From: Patescibacteria group bacterium
GTDB lineage: Bacteria > Patescibacteriota > JABMPQ01 > JAQVVF01
NCBI GenBank assembly: GCA_041662665.1
Contig: JBAZSC010000004.1
Coordinates: 76,464 to 136,403 of the forward strand
DNA: 59,940 nucleotides
Direction of reading: 5' to 3'
The notes below the pieces were generated by a model. It was not told where the DNA came from. It saw nothing but the letters and a program-made list of their open reading frames with translations, and searched no databases. Within the stretch, counting starts at the first letter, position 1; each line of letters starts with the position of its first letter. Below, piece by piece: positions 29,261 through 37,663 of this stretch. The position numbers and the translations under genes are program-made.

Positions 29261-32200
29261 ATGTTTGATTTTAGACAAAAGGGCTTAGATAAGCCAAAAG
29301 TTATAAAAACTAATTCTTCAAATATGGCAAATCCAAAGAAAAAATCAGAAAAACAACGCAAAATTGTCATTATTTTTGTTGCTATAGTTACCTTTTTCTT
29401 TTTGGTTTTTGGCGGTATCTTTGCTTTTTATGCAAAAGATCTTCCATCTCCTAGTAAAATTAACTCTAAGAATGTCTCTGAATCAACAAAAATTTATGAT
29501 CGCACTGGAGAAACATTGCTTTACGAGATCCATGGTGGCGAGAAAAGAACGCTAATTCCGCTTTCTGAAATGCCAAAAAGTATTCAGGAGGCCACAATTT
29601 CTGCAGAAGATAAAAATTTTTATCATCATTTTGGTTTTGATCCTATCGGCATTATCCGATCTGCACTCAAGAACACAAAAAGCGATGAAAGAGTCGGCGG
29701 ATCAACAATTACTCAGCAATTAGTCAAAAATACGGCTTTGTCATCAGAAAAAACCTATACTCGAAAAATAAAAGAGCTTATTTTATCAGTTGAAATTGAA
29801 GCTTTATATACAAAAAAAGACATTTTGCAAATGTATTTAAACGAAATTCCTTATGGTTCAAATGCTTATGGTATTGAATCTGCAGCAGAAACTTTTTTTG
29901 GCAAGAAAGCCAAAGATTTAACATTAGCTGAATCAGCCACACTTGCTGCAATCCCTCAAGCTCCTACTTACTATTCTCCTTATGGCGCTAATACTGATGC
30001 TCTCAAAGCTCGCCAGGAATGGATTCTTGATCGTATGGTTGATGACAAATATATTACTAAAGAAGAGGCAGAGCAAGCAAAACAGCAAAAATTTGCCTTT
30101 GTTGAAAAGCAAGAAGGAATTATTGCTCCTCACTTTGTAATGTACGTAAAAGACTTACTTGTCCAAAAATACGGCGAAAAAGAAGTCCAAAAAGGTGGTT
30201 ATAAAGTTTATACAACTTTAGATATGAATTTACAGAAAATTGCTGAAAAAGTTGTTCCTGAAGGCGTCGATAGAAACTATTCATATGGTGCTTCAAATGC
30301 TGCCCTAGCTGCTGTTGATCCAAAAACTGGAGAGATTTTGGCTATGCAAGGCTCAAAAGATTATTTTGATAAAGAAAATGGCGGTAATGTTAATGTTACA
30401 ATCAGAAATCGCCAGCCAGGTTCTTCATTCAAGCCAATTGTTTACGCTTTAGCCTTAAAAAGAGGTTATACTCCTGATACTATTCTTTACGATGTTCCAA
30501 CCGATTTTGGCAATAATTACAAGCCAAGTAATTATGATGGCAAAACTCATGGTCCAGTTACAATGCGTACAGCGCTTTCAAACTCTCTAAATATTCCAGC
30601 TGTTAAAACATTGTATTTGGCTGGTCTTGAAAATACAATTAATTTTGCTCACGATTTAGGCATAACAACACTTGGCGATCCAAGTAATTATGGTTTATCT
30701 CTAGTTTTGGGCGGTGGTGAAGTTAAATTGCTTGATGAAGTATCTGCGTTCAGTGTTTTTGCTAATGATGGAATGAAAAATGATAAAAAAGCTATTTTAA
30801 AAGTTGTCGATCGCAATGGTAAAATCACCCAAGACAATACTAAAGCAGATCCAAAACGAGTTGTTGACGATCAAATTGCTCGCCAACTTTCAAGTATGTT
30901 ATCAGATACAAACGCTCGTCAAATGGTTTTTGGTTCTGCTCCAAATTTAAGATTATCTGATCGTCCAGTTGCTGTAAAAACAGGAACAACTGAAAATTTT
31001 AAAGACGCTTGGACAGTTGGATATACTCCTTCAATTGCCGCTGGTGTTTGGGTTGGCAATAACGATGGTGCTCCAATGAATGCTGGATCTGATGGCTCTT
31101 ATGTTGCTGCACCAATCTGGCATTCTTTTATGGAACAAGCGCTTGCTAACAAGCCAGTTGAAGAATTTCCAGGCTATGATCCAATTAAAGTTGATAAACC
31201 TGTTTTAATGGGCAAATCAGGCTCTGAACAAAAAGTCAGAATCGAAAAAACAACAAAAAAATTAGCAACTAACGATTGTCCAGCTGATGATGTCGAAGAA
31301 ATTACAGTCAGAAGCGCTCATTGTATTCTTTATTATGTTGACAAAGATAATCCAAGAGGCGAAGTTCCAAAAAATCCAGCAGTAGATCCTCAATTCAGAA
31401 ATTGGGAAAGTGGAGTGTTAGCTTGGGCAGGAAAAGATAATAAAGGCATTACCCAAATTCCAACTGAGACAACTGATGTTTGCAGTCCAGCTAAGAAGCC
31501 AAAAATTAATATTACATCTCCAACTGGCGGTTTGATTAAAGAGGATACTATTACTGTAACTGCTAATGCTTCTGCTCCAAATGGTCTAAAAAGCGTTGAT
31601 TTCGCAGTTGACGGCATTTCAATTGGCTCTTCAGCATCCGAACCTTTCTCTGCTAATTTTTATACTGGCAGATTTGAAAATGGCTTTCATACAATTTCAG
31701 CTACAGTTACTGACAAAATAGGTCAAAAAGCCAGCTCTCAAGTTACAATTGAAACAAAAGTTGACCGCGCATCATCTATTTCACTTTCTTCATCAGGTTC
31801 TGGCAATTTGACTAAACAAGATTTTCCAATCAGCTTAACTGCTTCAGTTGTTTATTCAGGAACATTGCAAAAAGTCCAATTTTTGCTTAATGGCGCTGTT
31901 TACGATGAAGTTGGCTCGCCTACTGGCAATTCATTCTCAACAAGCTTAGCCTATCCTGGAACAGGTTCATATTCAGTTCAAGCAGCAGCTGTTGATGAGA
32001 CTGGACGTGCAATCTTTAGTAATCAGGTTTCATTCTCAATTGCAGAAGCAAGTGTTCCAACAAAACCAACTGTACCAGAAAAACCAGTTGCACCGCAAAA
32101 ACCAGCTCCAGACACAACGAAAAATAAAAAATCAAGCTTCTTATTCAAAGTCATTAATAATCTAGCCTATCTAAGCAACTTTGATTTCAGAATAAGCTAA
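29261..32200 (+). CDS. bifunctional class A penicillin-binding protein (GT51 transglycosylase + transpeptidase) with C-terminal Ig-like repeats and a Pro-rich tail
   Basis: EDKNFYHHFGFD, GGSTITQQ (GT51); SSFKP, SNS, KTGTT (transpeptidase). Confidence 0.9.
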   Translation: MFDFRQKGLDKPKVIKTNSSNMANPKKKSEKQRKIVIIFVAIVTFFFLVFGGIFAFYAKDLPSPSKINSKNVSESTKIYDRTGETLLYEIHGGEKRTLIPLSEMPKSIQEATISAEDKNFYHHFGFDPIGIIRSALKNTKSDERVGGSTITQQLVKNTALSSEKTYTRKIKELILSVEIEALYTKKDILQMYLNEIPYGSNAYGIESAAETFFGKKAKDLTLAESATLAAIPQAPTYYSPYGANTDALKARQEWILDRMVDDKYITKEEAEQAKQQKFAFVEKQEGIIAPHFVMYVKDLLVQKYGEKEVQKGGYKVYTTLDMNLQKIAEKVVPEGVDRNYSYGASNAALAAVDPKTGEILAMQGSKDYFDKENGGNVNVTIRNRQPGSSFKPIVYALALKRGYTPDTILYDVPTDFGNNYKPSNYDGKTHGPVTMRTALSNSLNIPAVKTLYLAGLENTINFAHDLGITTLGDPSNYGLSLVLGGGEVKLLDEVSAFSVFANDGMKNDKKAILKVVDRNGKITQDNTKADPKRVVDDQIARQLSSMLSDTNARQMVFGSAPNLRLSDRPVAVKTGTTENFKDAWTVGYTPSIAAGVWVGNNDGAPMNAGSDGSYVAAPIWHSFMEQALANKPVEEFPGYDPIKVDKPVLMGKSGSEQKVRIEKTTKKLATNDCPADDVEEITVRSAHCILYYVDKDNPRGEVPKNPAVDPQFRNWESGVLAWAGKDNKGITQIPTETTDVCSPAKKPKINITSPTGGLIKEDTITVTANASAPNGLKSVDFAVDGISIGSSASEPFSANFYTGRFENGFHTISATVTDKIGQKASSQVTIETKVDRASSISLSSSGSGNLTKQDFPISLTASVVYSGTLQKVQFLLNGAVYDEVGSPTGNSFSTSLAYPGTGSYSVQAAAVDETGRAIFSNQVSFSIAEASVPTKPTVPEKPVAPQKPAPDTTKNKKSSFLFKVINNLAYLSNFDFRIS

Positions 32201-32224
32201 TAAAAATAATTAAAGATTTTAAAA

Positions 32225-32248
32225 ACTCGCCCACAAGCGAGTTTTTTG
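32225..32248 (+). terminator. rho-independent terminator after the PBP gene
   Basis: ACTCGC-CCACAA-GCGAGT then a T-run. Confidence 0.7.
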
Positions 32249-32364
32249 TTTACGCAATTTCTGCGTTAGCTTCTGCGTTTTTTCGCGTTAGATCTTTCTA
32301 AAAAACGCACATCTAATTATTTTTGCATAACAATTTAAGACGAAAAACATTAAAATTAATCCAA

Positions 32365-32388
32365 ATAAAAAAAGCACAAATTGTGCTT
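32365..32388 (-). terminator. terminator of 32395..33510
   Basis: AAGCACAA/TTGTGCTT palindrome with a T-run on the minus strand; near-identical to 33697-33720. Confidence 0.6.
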
Positions 32389-32394
32389 AAGGTA

Positions 32395-33510
32395 CTATTT
32401 CATTCTTGAAAGAACTGCGTTCTGATGTTCCTGCACCTCTCTTTCTTTGCGTAATCTTGTTTCAACTCTTTCTCTGCCTTCAGCAATTTTACGCAAAAGT
32501 ACAAGTGCTAATTCTGGATCATCTTTGCCATATTCTGCATGCCATCTAGTTGCTAGATCTAAGTCCTCTTGGTCATAGATTAAAAATCCTTTTTCATCGC
32601 TGAAACCCACGTTTTCAAAAACCATATATCTGACATATCTTCTCATGATTTCAAGAGCATAAACGTCATCTTCTGTCAGAGTACCAATAAGAGCAAGCAG
32701 TAATCTTTCATTGTAGGTTGGAAATAATCTGCAACCTTTCAAATTGAGCGCAAGCAGAAAGCCGATCTGATCAGCAAAAAGCGCAATTGAATATGGATTT
32801 TTTTTCAAGCCAACGAATGATGTAACGCGATCCGCATAGTGAGCAAACGCGCTCTCATGTTCTGCGCGAGGTTTCGCCTCTCCTTGTAATTCTGCCCTGA
32901 CAGTTACTCTCATCTTCAAATCTGCCAATCTCTTGTAGCGTTCGTTAACTTTAGGATTCCACATGAGATGTGAAAACGGATTATATCCTGAACAATCATC
33001 CATGTTGTTAAAGCAGACCAAATCGTTCAGAGAAATCCTGTTAAACAAATTATCAGCATCTGGTCCTTCAGGCAAATAGCCCAAGAGTGCAATCATCCAG
33101 GAATTATACCGATTAGCAAGCGAAAGATGATCCGTAAATTCATCTTTGCCTTCAAGTGTCAACCGAAAGAAGCTGACAACCAAATCAACAATATATTCAA
33201 TAAACTTTTCGCAATTAGCAACCAGGTCAAGTTCAAAACCATAAATACTAGAAAATGGCGTTACTAAATTCCAATTCTTTGGTGCGTTTTTTGGAGTTGG
33301 TGCAAGTAAGGCCAATATTGCACGCGCCTTGAATCTGTCGTTATAATCACCTTTTAGAATATCTACAAAGTAGCTGATAGAATCTCGTTTTGTTAGCTCG
33401 TGCCATTGTTTCCAAATCTCTTCATCAGCTTCAACAAAAAATCGCGGCCACCGTCTCTTGATGTCAGCAACCAACATTTCAGTTTTCGTTGCGCCTCTGA
33501 AAATTCCCAT
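32395..33510 (-). CDS. orphan 371-aa protein, SD-led cassette
   Basis: GAGGAGG upstream of M14 (MGIFRGATK); W/R/E/F-rich, GC visibly above the backbone. Confidence 0.6.
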   Translation of the reverse strand: MGIFRGATKTEMLVADIKRRWPRFFVEADEEIWKQWHELTKRDSISYFVDILKGDYNDRFKARAILALLAPTPKNAPKNWNLVTPFSSIYGFELDLVANCEKFIEYIVDLVVSFFRLTLEGKDEFTDHLSLANRYNSWMIALLGYLPEGPDADNLFNRISLNDLVCFNNMDDCSGYNPFSHLMWNPKVNERYKRLADLKMRVTVRAELQGEAKPRAEHESAFAHYADRVTSFVGLKKNPYSIALFADQIGFLLALNLKGCRLFPTYNERLLLALIGTLTEDDVYALEIMRRYVRYMVFENVGFSDEKGFLIYDQEDLDLATRWHAEYGKDDPELALVLLRKIAEGRERVETRLRKEREVQEHQNAVLSRMK

Positions 33511-33668
33511 CTTTCTTCCTCCTCTTCTTGGGGTTGGCTTTAGAATCATTTTTCCGCATTAAAATCCGCTCAATCCGCGCAATTTGTTCATTTTTTTATA
33601 ACATATTTTTGTGCAAGAATGATTTTGAAACACTCAAAATGAATTTTTAATTTTAAAGAGCATCTTTG

Positions 33669-33697
33669 AATATATCTTAATTTAAATTAATGGTCAA
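33669..33697 (-). promoter_or_regulatory. sigma70-like promoter (TTGACC-17-TATATT)
   Basis: Minus-strand reading upstream of 32395..33510. Confidence 0.45.
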
Positions 33698-33729
33698 TAA
33701 AAAAAGCACAAAATGTGCTTAAAAAAGTG

Positions 33730-34005
33730 CTAAATTTTTCCTTCAAGAGCCTTTTTCAATCTTTCTGCCAGCAGAGCGAGATAAACAACAACAAAGGATC
33801 CAATTAGTCCACTCATTATAGCTGCCACTATCGCCCTAAAAGTCATATTTTCATAGACCAACGGAATCGCATTAGTTAGTGACAAGTTTTGATTCTGCAA
33901 AACACATTGTGCTCCAATTCCCATCAGTACAAATGCGCTAAAACTGAAAAGAACAAATGTCATAAATCCAAGCAAACACATTTGAACCAAGTCTCCTTTT
34001 TTCAC
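33730..34005 (-). CDS. small 2-TM membrane protein, SD-led cassette
   Basis: AAGGAGG 7 nt before a GTG start; two hydrophobic helices. Confidence 0.5.
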   Translation of the reverse strand: MKKGDLVQMCLLGFMTFVLFSFSAFVLMGIGAQCVLQNQNLSLTNAIPLVYENMTFRAIVAAIMSGLIGSFVVVYLALLAERLKKALEGKI

Positions 34006-34078
34006 TCTAGCCTCCTTTGGTTGCTAGCCGTATTTCGGTACTAGCAACTTTGTCTACAACGAACTCTTCTGACAATAA

Positions 34079-34107
34079 AAAATAGCATGAAAACAAAAAT
34101 TTGTCAA
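34079..34107 (-). promoter_or_regulatory. sigma70-like promoter (TTGACA-17-TATTTT)
   Basis: Minus-strand reading upstream of 33730..34005. Confidence 0.4.
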
Positions 34108-34284
34108 TAATTTGACAAATTAAGCAAAATTTTACAAATTTTAATATTAAACAAGAAGAATGTGAATATCTTAATATCCGAATATCGTAATATCTTCAAA
34201 AATCAAAGCATTAGGGATCGCATTAGAGAAGTAGTTATTCGAGATAGCATTAGAGAAGAGTAATTAACAAAGCAAAAATCAAAT

Positions 34285-35130
34285 TCAAAAGCTTCTTTTT
34301 TTACCAACAATTACTTCGATTGTTTTTGGCACAATTTCAAAGACTTCCGGCACTTTTTTAATCTGTTGTCCATCGCAAGCCATTATTAATTTTTCTTTGC
34401 AATAGAATTTAATCTTTTTACCGCGAAAAAATGATAAATCAGATTCTTTTTGTTTTTTATTTCCGCTAAACATAATTAAATCCAAAATTTGGTCTTTAGG
34501 ATTAACTTTTGATAATTTTATTTTATTTTTTCCTTCAAAATTGATATTTCCTAATGAATTTATGACAGACATACTCGATAATTTTGCTTTTGCAAAGATT
34601 CTTTTATCTACATCAAAAGAAATCTCTGGCAATTTATTTCTAGAAATTGCTTTGATGACAGTTGTTAATTTTTCCCAAACTGTTTTTTTTCGATCCATAA
34701 AATCTGCATCAAAAGATGTCATAAAATAGCTTCCGTCAGCTCGGCCTAAATCAATTGTCTCAACTTTTCTACTAGTTAATGCCTCACAAATTGCATTATC
34801 ATAAGGTAATCCCAAAACATCAGCTATTTTTGATTCTCGTAATGGTACCATTCCAAAAACTGGCCAATTTTTGACTTGCGGATTAGCTTTCTTTAATTTA
34901 GCAATTGTATTTATGATCTGGCTCGCAGTCTTGTCTGATCCAACAGCAACTATTGTTGTATATCTACCATCTAGTATCGCATCATGCGCCAGAATATCAG
35001 CAGTTCTAAGTGGTGTTACTGATACTTTTTCATAACGAATGCCAAGATCAGAAAACTTTAGACTAATAATGTCTAAAAGTTTAGCTTGTTTATCTTTTAT
35101 TTTGTTTGATTCGCAAATAAAATAATACAT
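34285..35130 (-). CDS. DAGK-catalytic-domain (YegS/BmrU-like) lipid kinase, degenerate glycine motif
   Basis: VAVGSDKT in place of GGDGT, FGMVPL segment; start moved to M14 because the extension lies in the repeat palindrome. Confidence 0.5.
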   Translation of the reverse strand: MYYFICESNKIKDKQAKLLDIISLKFSDLGIRYEKVSVTPLRTADILAHDAILDGRYTTIVAVGSDKTASQIINTIAKLKKANPQVKNWPVFGMVPLRESKIADVLGLPYDNAICEALTSRKVETIDLGRADGSYFMTSFDADFMDRKKTVWEKLTTVIKAISRNKLPEISFDVDKRIFAKAKLSSMSVINSLGNINFEGKNKIKLSKVNPKDQILDLIMFSGNKKQKESDLSFFRGKKIKFYCKEKLIMACDGQQIKKVPEVFEIVPKTIEVIVGKKRSF

Positions 35131-35135
35131 AGACG

Positions 35136-35250
35136 AAATTCCAAATAACAAATACCAAATTCCAAACAAATTACAAACTCCAAGCTACAAAAAACAAAAG
35201 TTTTGTAATTTGTATTTTGGGATTTGTTTGTGATTTGGTATTTGGAATTT
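35136..35250. repeat. long imperfect palindrome of CCAAAT/ACAAAT words
   Basis: aaattccaaataacaaataccaaattccaaacaaattacaaa ... ttttgtaatttgtattttgggatttgtttgtgatttggtatttggaattt. Confidence 0.8.
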
Positions 35251-35255
35251 TTAAA

Positions 35256-35657
35256 CTATTCTTGTTCTTCTTCAGAAACATTGCTTTCTTCAATTCCCAT
35301 TTGACAATGTCCAGAAAACATCGCGCCGTCGCTGATTGAAATTGATGACACAACAACATCGCCAAAAATCTTGCCAGTTCCTGTAATGCTTAATTTTCCT
35401 GATGCTTTTACATTTCCTTCGACTCTTCCGCCTACTGTCACATTTTCGCCTGAGATATTAGCCTTGATTGTTGCTGTGTCGCCGATAGTTACATCTCTTT
35501 CAGTTACAATTTGGCCAACAACATCGCCATAAACGCTGATATTTCCAGTGCTGATCAAATCGCCTTCTAATTTTACCGATGATCCGACGATTGTCTCATT
35601 ATTTTCCGCTCCTCCAACAACTTCATCTTCGATTGGTTTTACGTTCTTTTTAAACAT
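35256..35657 (-). CDS. bactofilin (polymer-forming cytoskeletal protein)
   Basis: Repetitive beta-helix pattern VKLEGDL..GNISVYGDVVG..VTIGDTATI..GRVEGNV. Confidence 0.85.
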   Translation of the reverse strand: MFKKNVKPIEDEVVGGAENNETIVGSSVKLEGDLISTGNISVYGDVVGQIVTERDVTIGDTATIKANISGENVTVGGRVEGNVKASGKLSITGTGKIFGDVVVSSISISDGAMFSGHCQMGIEESNVSEEEQE

Positions 35658-35662
35658 ACGTT

Positions 35663-35732
35663 TAGTAATTAGTTAACTAGTAATTAGTAATTAGTGTCGG
35701 CACTAGTTACTAATTTCTAGTTACTAGTTACC
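35663..35732. repeat. palindromic word repeat (TAGTAAC/TAGTTAC family)
   Basis: tagtaattagttaactagtaattagtaattagtg tcgg cactagttactaatttctagttactagttacc; family recurs at ~43771, ~44385, ~55489, ~56690, ~57600. Confidence 0.8.
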
Positions 35733-35740
35733 GATTCACG

Positions 35741-36205
35741 CTATTCTTGTGCTTTTTCAATTGCTTGTTTTTCTTCATCAGACAAATTATATTCTGATTT
35801 TCCGCCTTTAATTGGTTTGGCAAACATTCTAGTTCCAGCTCTTGAATGAAGGCTAGAAACAATAATGCCATTATTATTTGCGTCTAGAAGTGCCATCGCA
35901 AAACTTTGATCTCCACCAGTATCTCCAAAAGGATTGAATCTGACTAATCCAACTTTCGTCAAGCTATTCATCATTATTTTGTTTAGCTGATCAGAAATAT
36001 TATAAAGCTCTTTGACATCAGTATCTATTCTTTTGATTTGTTTTGCACAATCATCAAGCACATTTTCTAATCCTTTTTCTTTTGCTTCAGCCAAAACTCC
36101 TCTTTTGTCAGAAACATAAGATCTAACTAAAAAAGTTAAATAAATCACCCATCCAAGCAATGCAAAAACAATAATAAAAAAGAAAATTAGAAACAAGTTA
36201 GACAT
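35741..36205 (-). CDS. DUF4446-like membrane-anchored protein
   Basis: N-terminal TM plus VRFNPFGDTGGDQSFAMALLD motif. Confidence 0.55.
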   Translation of the reverse strand: MSNLFLIFFFIIVFALLGWVIYLTFLVRSYVSDKRGVLAEAKEKGLENVLDDCAKQIKRIDTDVKELYNISDQLNKIMMNSLTKVGLVRFNPFGDTGGDQSFAMALLDANNNGIIVSSLHSRAGTRMFAKPIKGGKSEYNLSDEEKQAIEKAQE

Positions 36206-36261
36206 TTATTTTATATAAATTAATTAGTTATGTTATTATAGCAGAATTTTTTTAAAACAAC

Positions 36262-36282
36262 AAAAAACAGACATAAAGTCTG
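36262..36282 (-). terminator. terminator of 36294..36713
   Basis: CAGAC-ATAAA-GTCTG with a T-run on the minus strand; duplicated at 36825-36847. Confidence 0.55.
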
Positions 36283-36293
36283 TGCAATTCAGT

Positions 36294-36713
36294 TTAAGGT
36301 GCAATTGGAGTCGAGTTGGCTTCTCTTCTTAAAATTAAGACTGCTTTTTCGCCAAATTCTGTTTGGGTGATTGAAACATCAAAAAGATATCTTCCACTAG
36401 GTACAAATTTCGAAGCTACTTTTATGTCAATCAGTCCATTTTGAGGTTTTTCTTTTTCGCTAACATCAAGAAGTGCCATAATTTTAATTCGACTAATCAT
36501 GGTTTCCTTCAGGCTCAATGGCGGACACATCACAAGAACCAGATTTCCATCAATTCTGTAGCTAACTTCAATCCGTTTTTCAACAGGTACGATCTGTATT
36601 TCAGTTCCGCATTGCCTAATTGAGTCTAAAAGAATCATACTCACCATTCTTACAGCTGGATTCGAAGTAAATTCTACAGGTGCATCTTTGCAATCTCTTT
36701 CTGCTTCTGTCAT
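36294..36713 (-). CDS. stand-alone GspE/PilB-type secretion-ATPase N2 domain (no Walker motifs)
   Basis: GTEIQIVPVEKRIEVSYRIDGNLVLV...ISRIKIMALLDVSEKEKPQNGLIDIKV...FDVSITQTEFGEKAVLILR matches the domain preceding Walker A in T2SS/T4P ATPases; GGAGGGAAGGG SD before M24. Confidence 0.65.
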   Translation of the reverse strand: MTEAERDCKDAPVEFTSNPAVRMVSMILLDSIRQCGTEIQIVPVEKRIEVSYRIDGNLVLVMCPPLSLKETMISRIKIMALLDVSEKEKPQNGLIDIKVASKFVPSGRYLFDVSITQTEFGEKAVLILRREANSTPIAP

Positions 36714-36792
36714 TTTCCCTTCCCTCCTCTCTTGGGATGAATTTAAGGTACAATAAACAAAACTAATCAAAACACTGATCAATTATAATATA

Positions 36793-36821
36793 ATTATATC
36801 ATTTTTTAATATCTTTTTCAA
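36793..36821 (-). promoter_or_regulatory. sigma70 promoter TTGAAA-17-TATAAT
   Basis: Minus-strand reading; duplicated at 37366-37394. Confidence 0.55.
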
Positions 36822-36851
36822 GCATAAAAAAACAGACATAAAGTCTGCGAT

Positions 36852-37277
36852 CTAAAGTGCAAATGATGTTGGGTTTACTTCTCGATTCAAAATCAATATT
36901 GCTTTCTCGCCGAATTCTGTTTGTGAAACTGTAACATCAAAATGAAATCGTCTATCAGGCTTGTCTTGAACGCTGACCAACACATTTAACACGCCAGTTT
37001 GCGGCATTTCCGTCATATCTTCGTTTAGGAGAGCAATTTCTTTGATATGAGCAATGGCATAGCCATGCAAATTGAGCTGCGGACGCATCACAAGAGTAAG
37101 ATGTCCATCAATCATGAATTCAATTTCAACTTTGTTCCTAAAAGGAGTAACGTGAATTTCTGTTGCTCCTTGTATTACAGCATCTAGCAACATATTATTT
37201 ATCATCCATTCTGCTGGATTTGATATTGCTCCAGGCGCAGACGAAATGCTTTGGCAATCTCTTTTTTCTTCTGCCAT
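36852..37277 (-). CDS. stand-alone GspE/PilB-type N2 domain, tandem paralog
   Basis: GATEIHVTPFRNKVEIEFMIDGHLTLV...IAHIKEIALLNEDMTEMPQTGVLNVLV...FDVTVSQTEFGEKAILILNR; GGAGGG SD preceded by (AG)8. Confidence 0.65.
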   Translation of the reverse strand: MAEEKRDCQSISSAPGAISNPAEWMINNMLLDAVIQGATEIHVTPFRNKVEIEFMIDGHLTLVMRPQLNLHGYAIAHIKEIALLNEDMTEMPQTGVLNVLVSVQDKPDRRFHFDVTVSQTEFGEKAILILNREVNPTSFAL

Positions 37278-37365
37278 TTTCGTTTTCCCTCCTCTCTCTC
37301 TCTCTCTGAGCCAAAATAAATTACAACAAACTAAACTAATCAAAACGTTGATTAATTCTAATATA

Positions 37366-37394
37366 ATTATATCATTTCTTAATATTTTTTTCAA
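37366..37394 (-). promoter_or_regulatory. sigma70 promoter TTGAAA-17-TATAAT
   Basis: Minus-strand reading; lies inside the over-extended ORF-track ORF 36852..37394. Confidence 0.55.
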
Positions 37395-37459
37395 GCATAA
37401 AAAAACAGCGATGCGCCGTTAATTTAGTTATTTCTAATTTAGTTATTTTGTTATTAACA

Positions 37460-37545
37460 TGGTGGACCTGAGCGGACTCGACCATGAAAATTTTTTATTC
37501 AAAAATTTTCATCCTCCTGCTTGCAAAGCAGGCGCTCTGACATGA
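37460..37545 (-). pseudogene. 5'-truncated tRNA-Ala(UGC) copy with a 29-nt palindromic insertion and encoded CCA
   Basis: Shares anticodon arm (CCTGCTTTGCAAGCAGG), the T-loop with the 3' strand of the T stem (TCGAGTCCGCT; 5' strand lost) and the acceptor 3' strand with the intact gene. ATGAAAATTTTTGAATAAAAAATTTTCAT is inserted before the T-arm. The acceptor 5' strand is missing. Confidence 0.65.
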
Positions 37546-37553
37546 TTTATTTA

Positions 37554-37626
37554 TGGACCTGAGCGGACTCGAACCGCTCACCTCCTGCTTGCAAAGCAGG
37601 CGCTCTACCAGATGAGCTACAGGCCC
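37554..37626 (-). tRNA. tRNA-Ala (anticodon UGC)
   Basis: Cloverleaf folds by hand: GGGCCTG/CAGGTCC acceptor with G3:U70, anticodon loop TTTGCAA, T-loop TTCGAGT; no encoded CCA. Confidence 0.9.
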
Positions 37627-37663
37627 AATATAATAACAAAATAACTAAATTAGAAATGAAAAA

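Noticed and set aside
35171-35365. 64-aa ORF across the 35136-35250 palindrome
   Set aside because: Its translation is just the CCAAAT/ACAAAT word repeat read as protein (…KSQTNPKIQITKLLFFVAWSL), and it overlaps the bactofilin 3' end.
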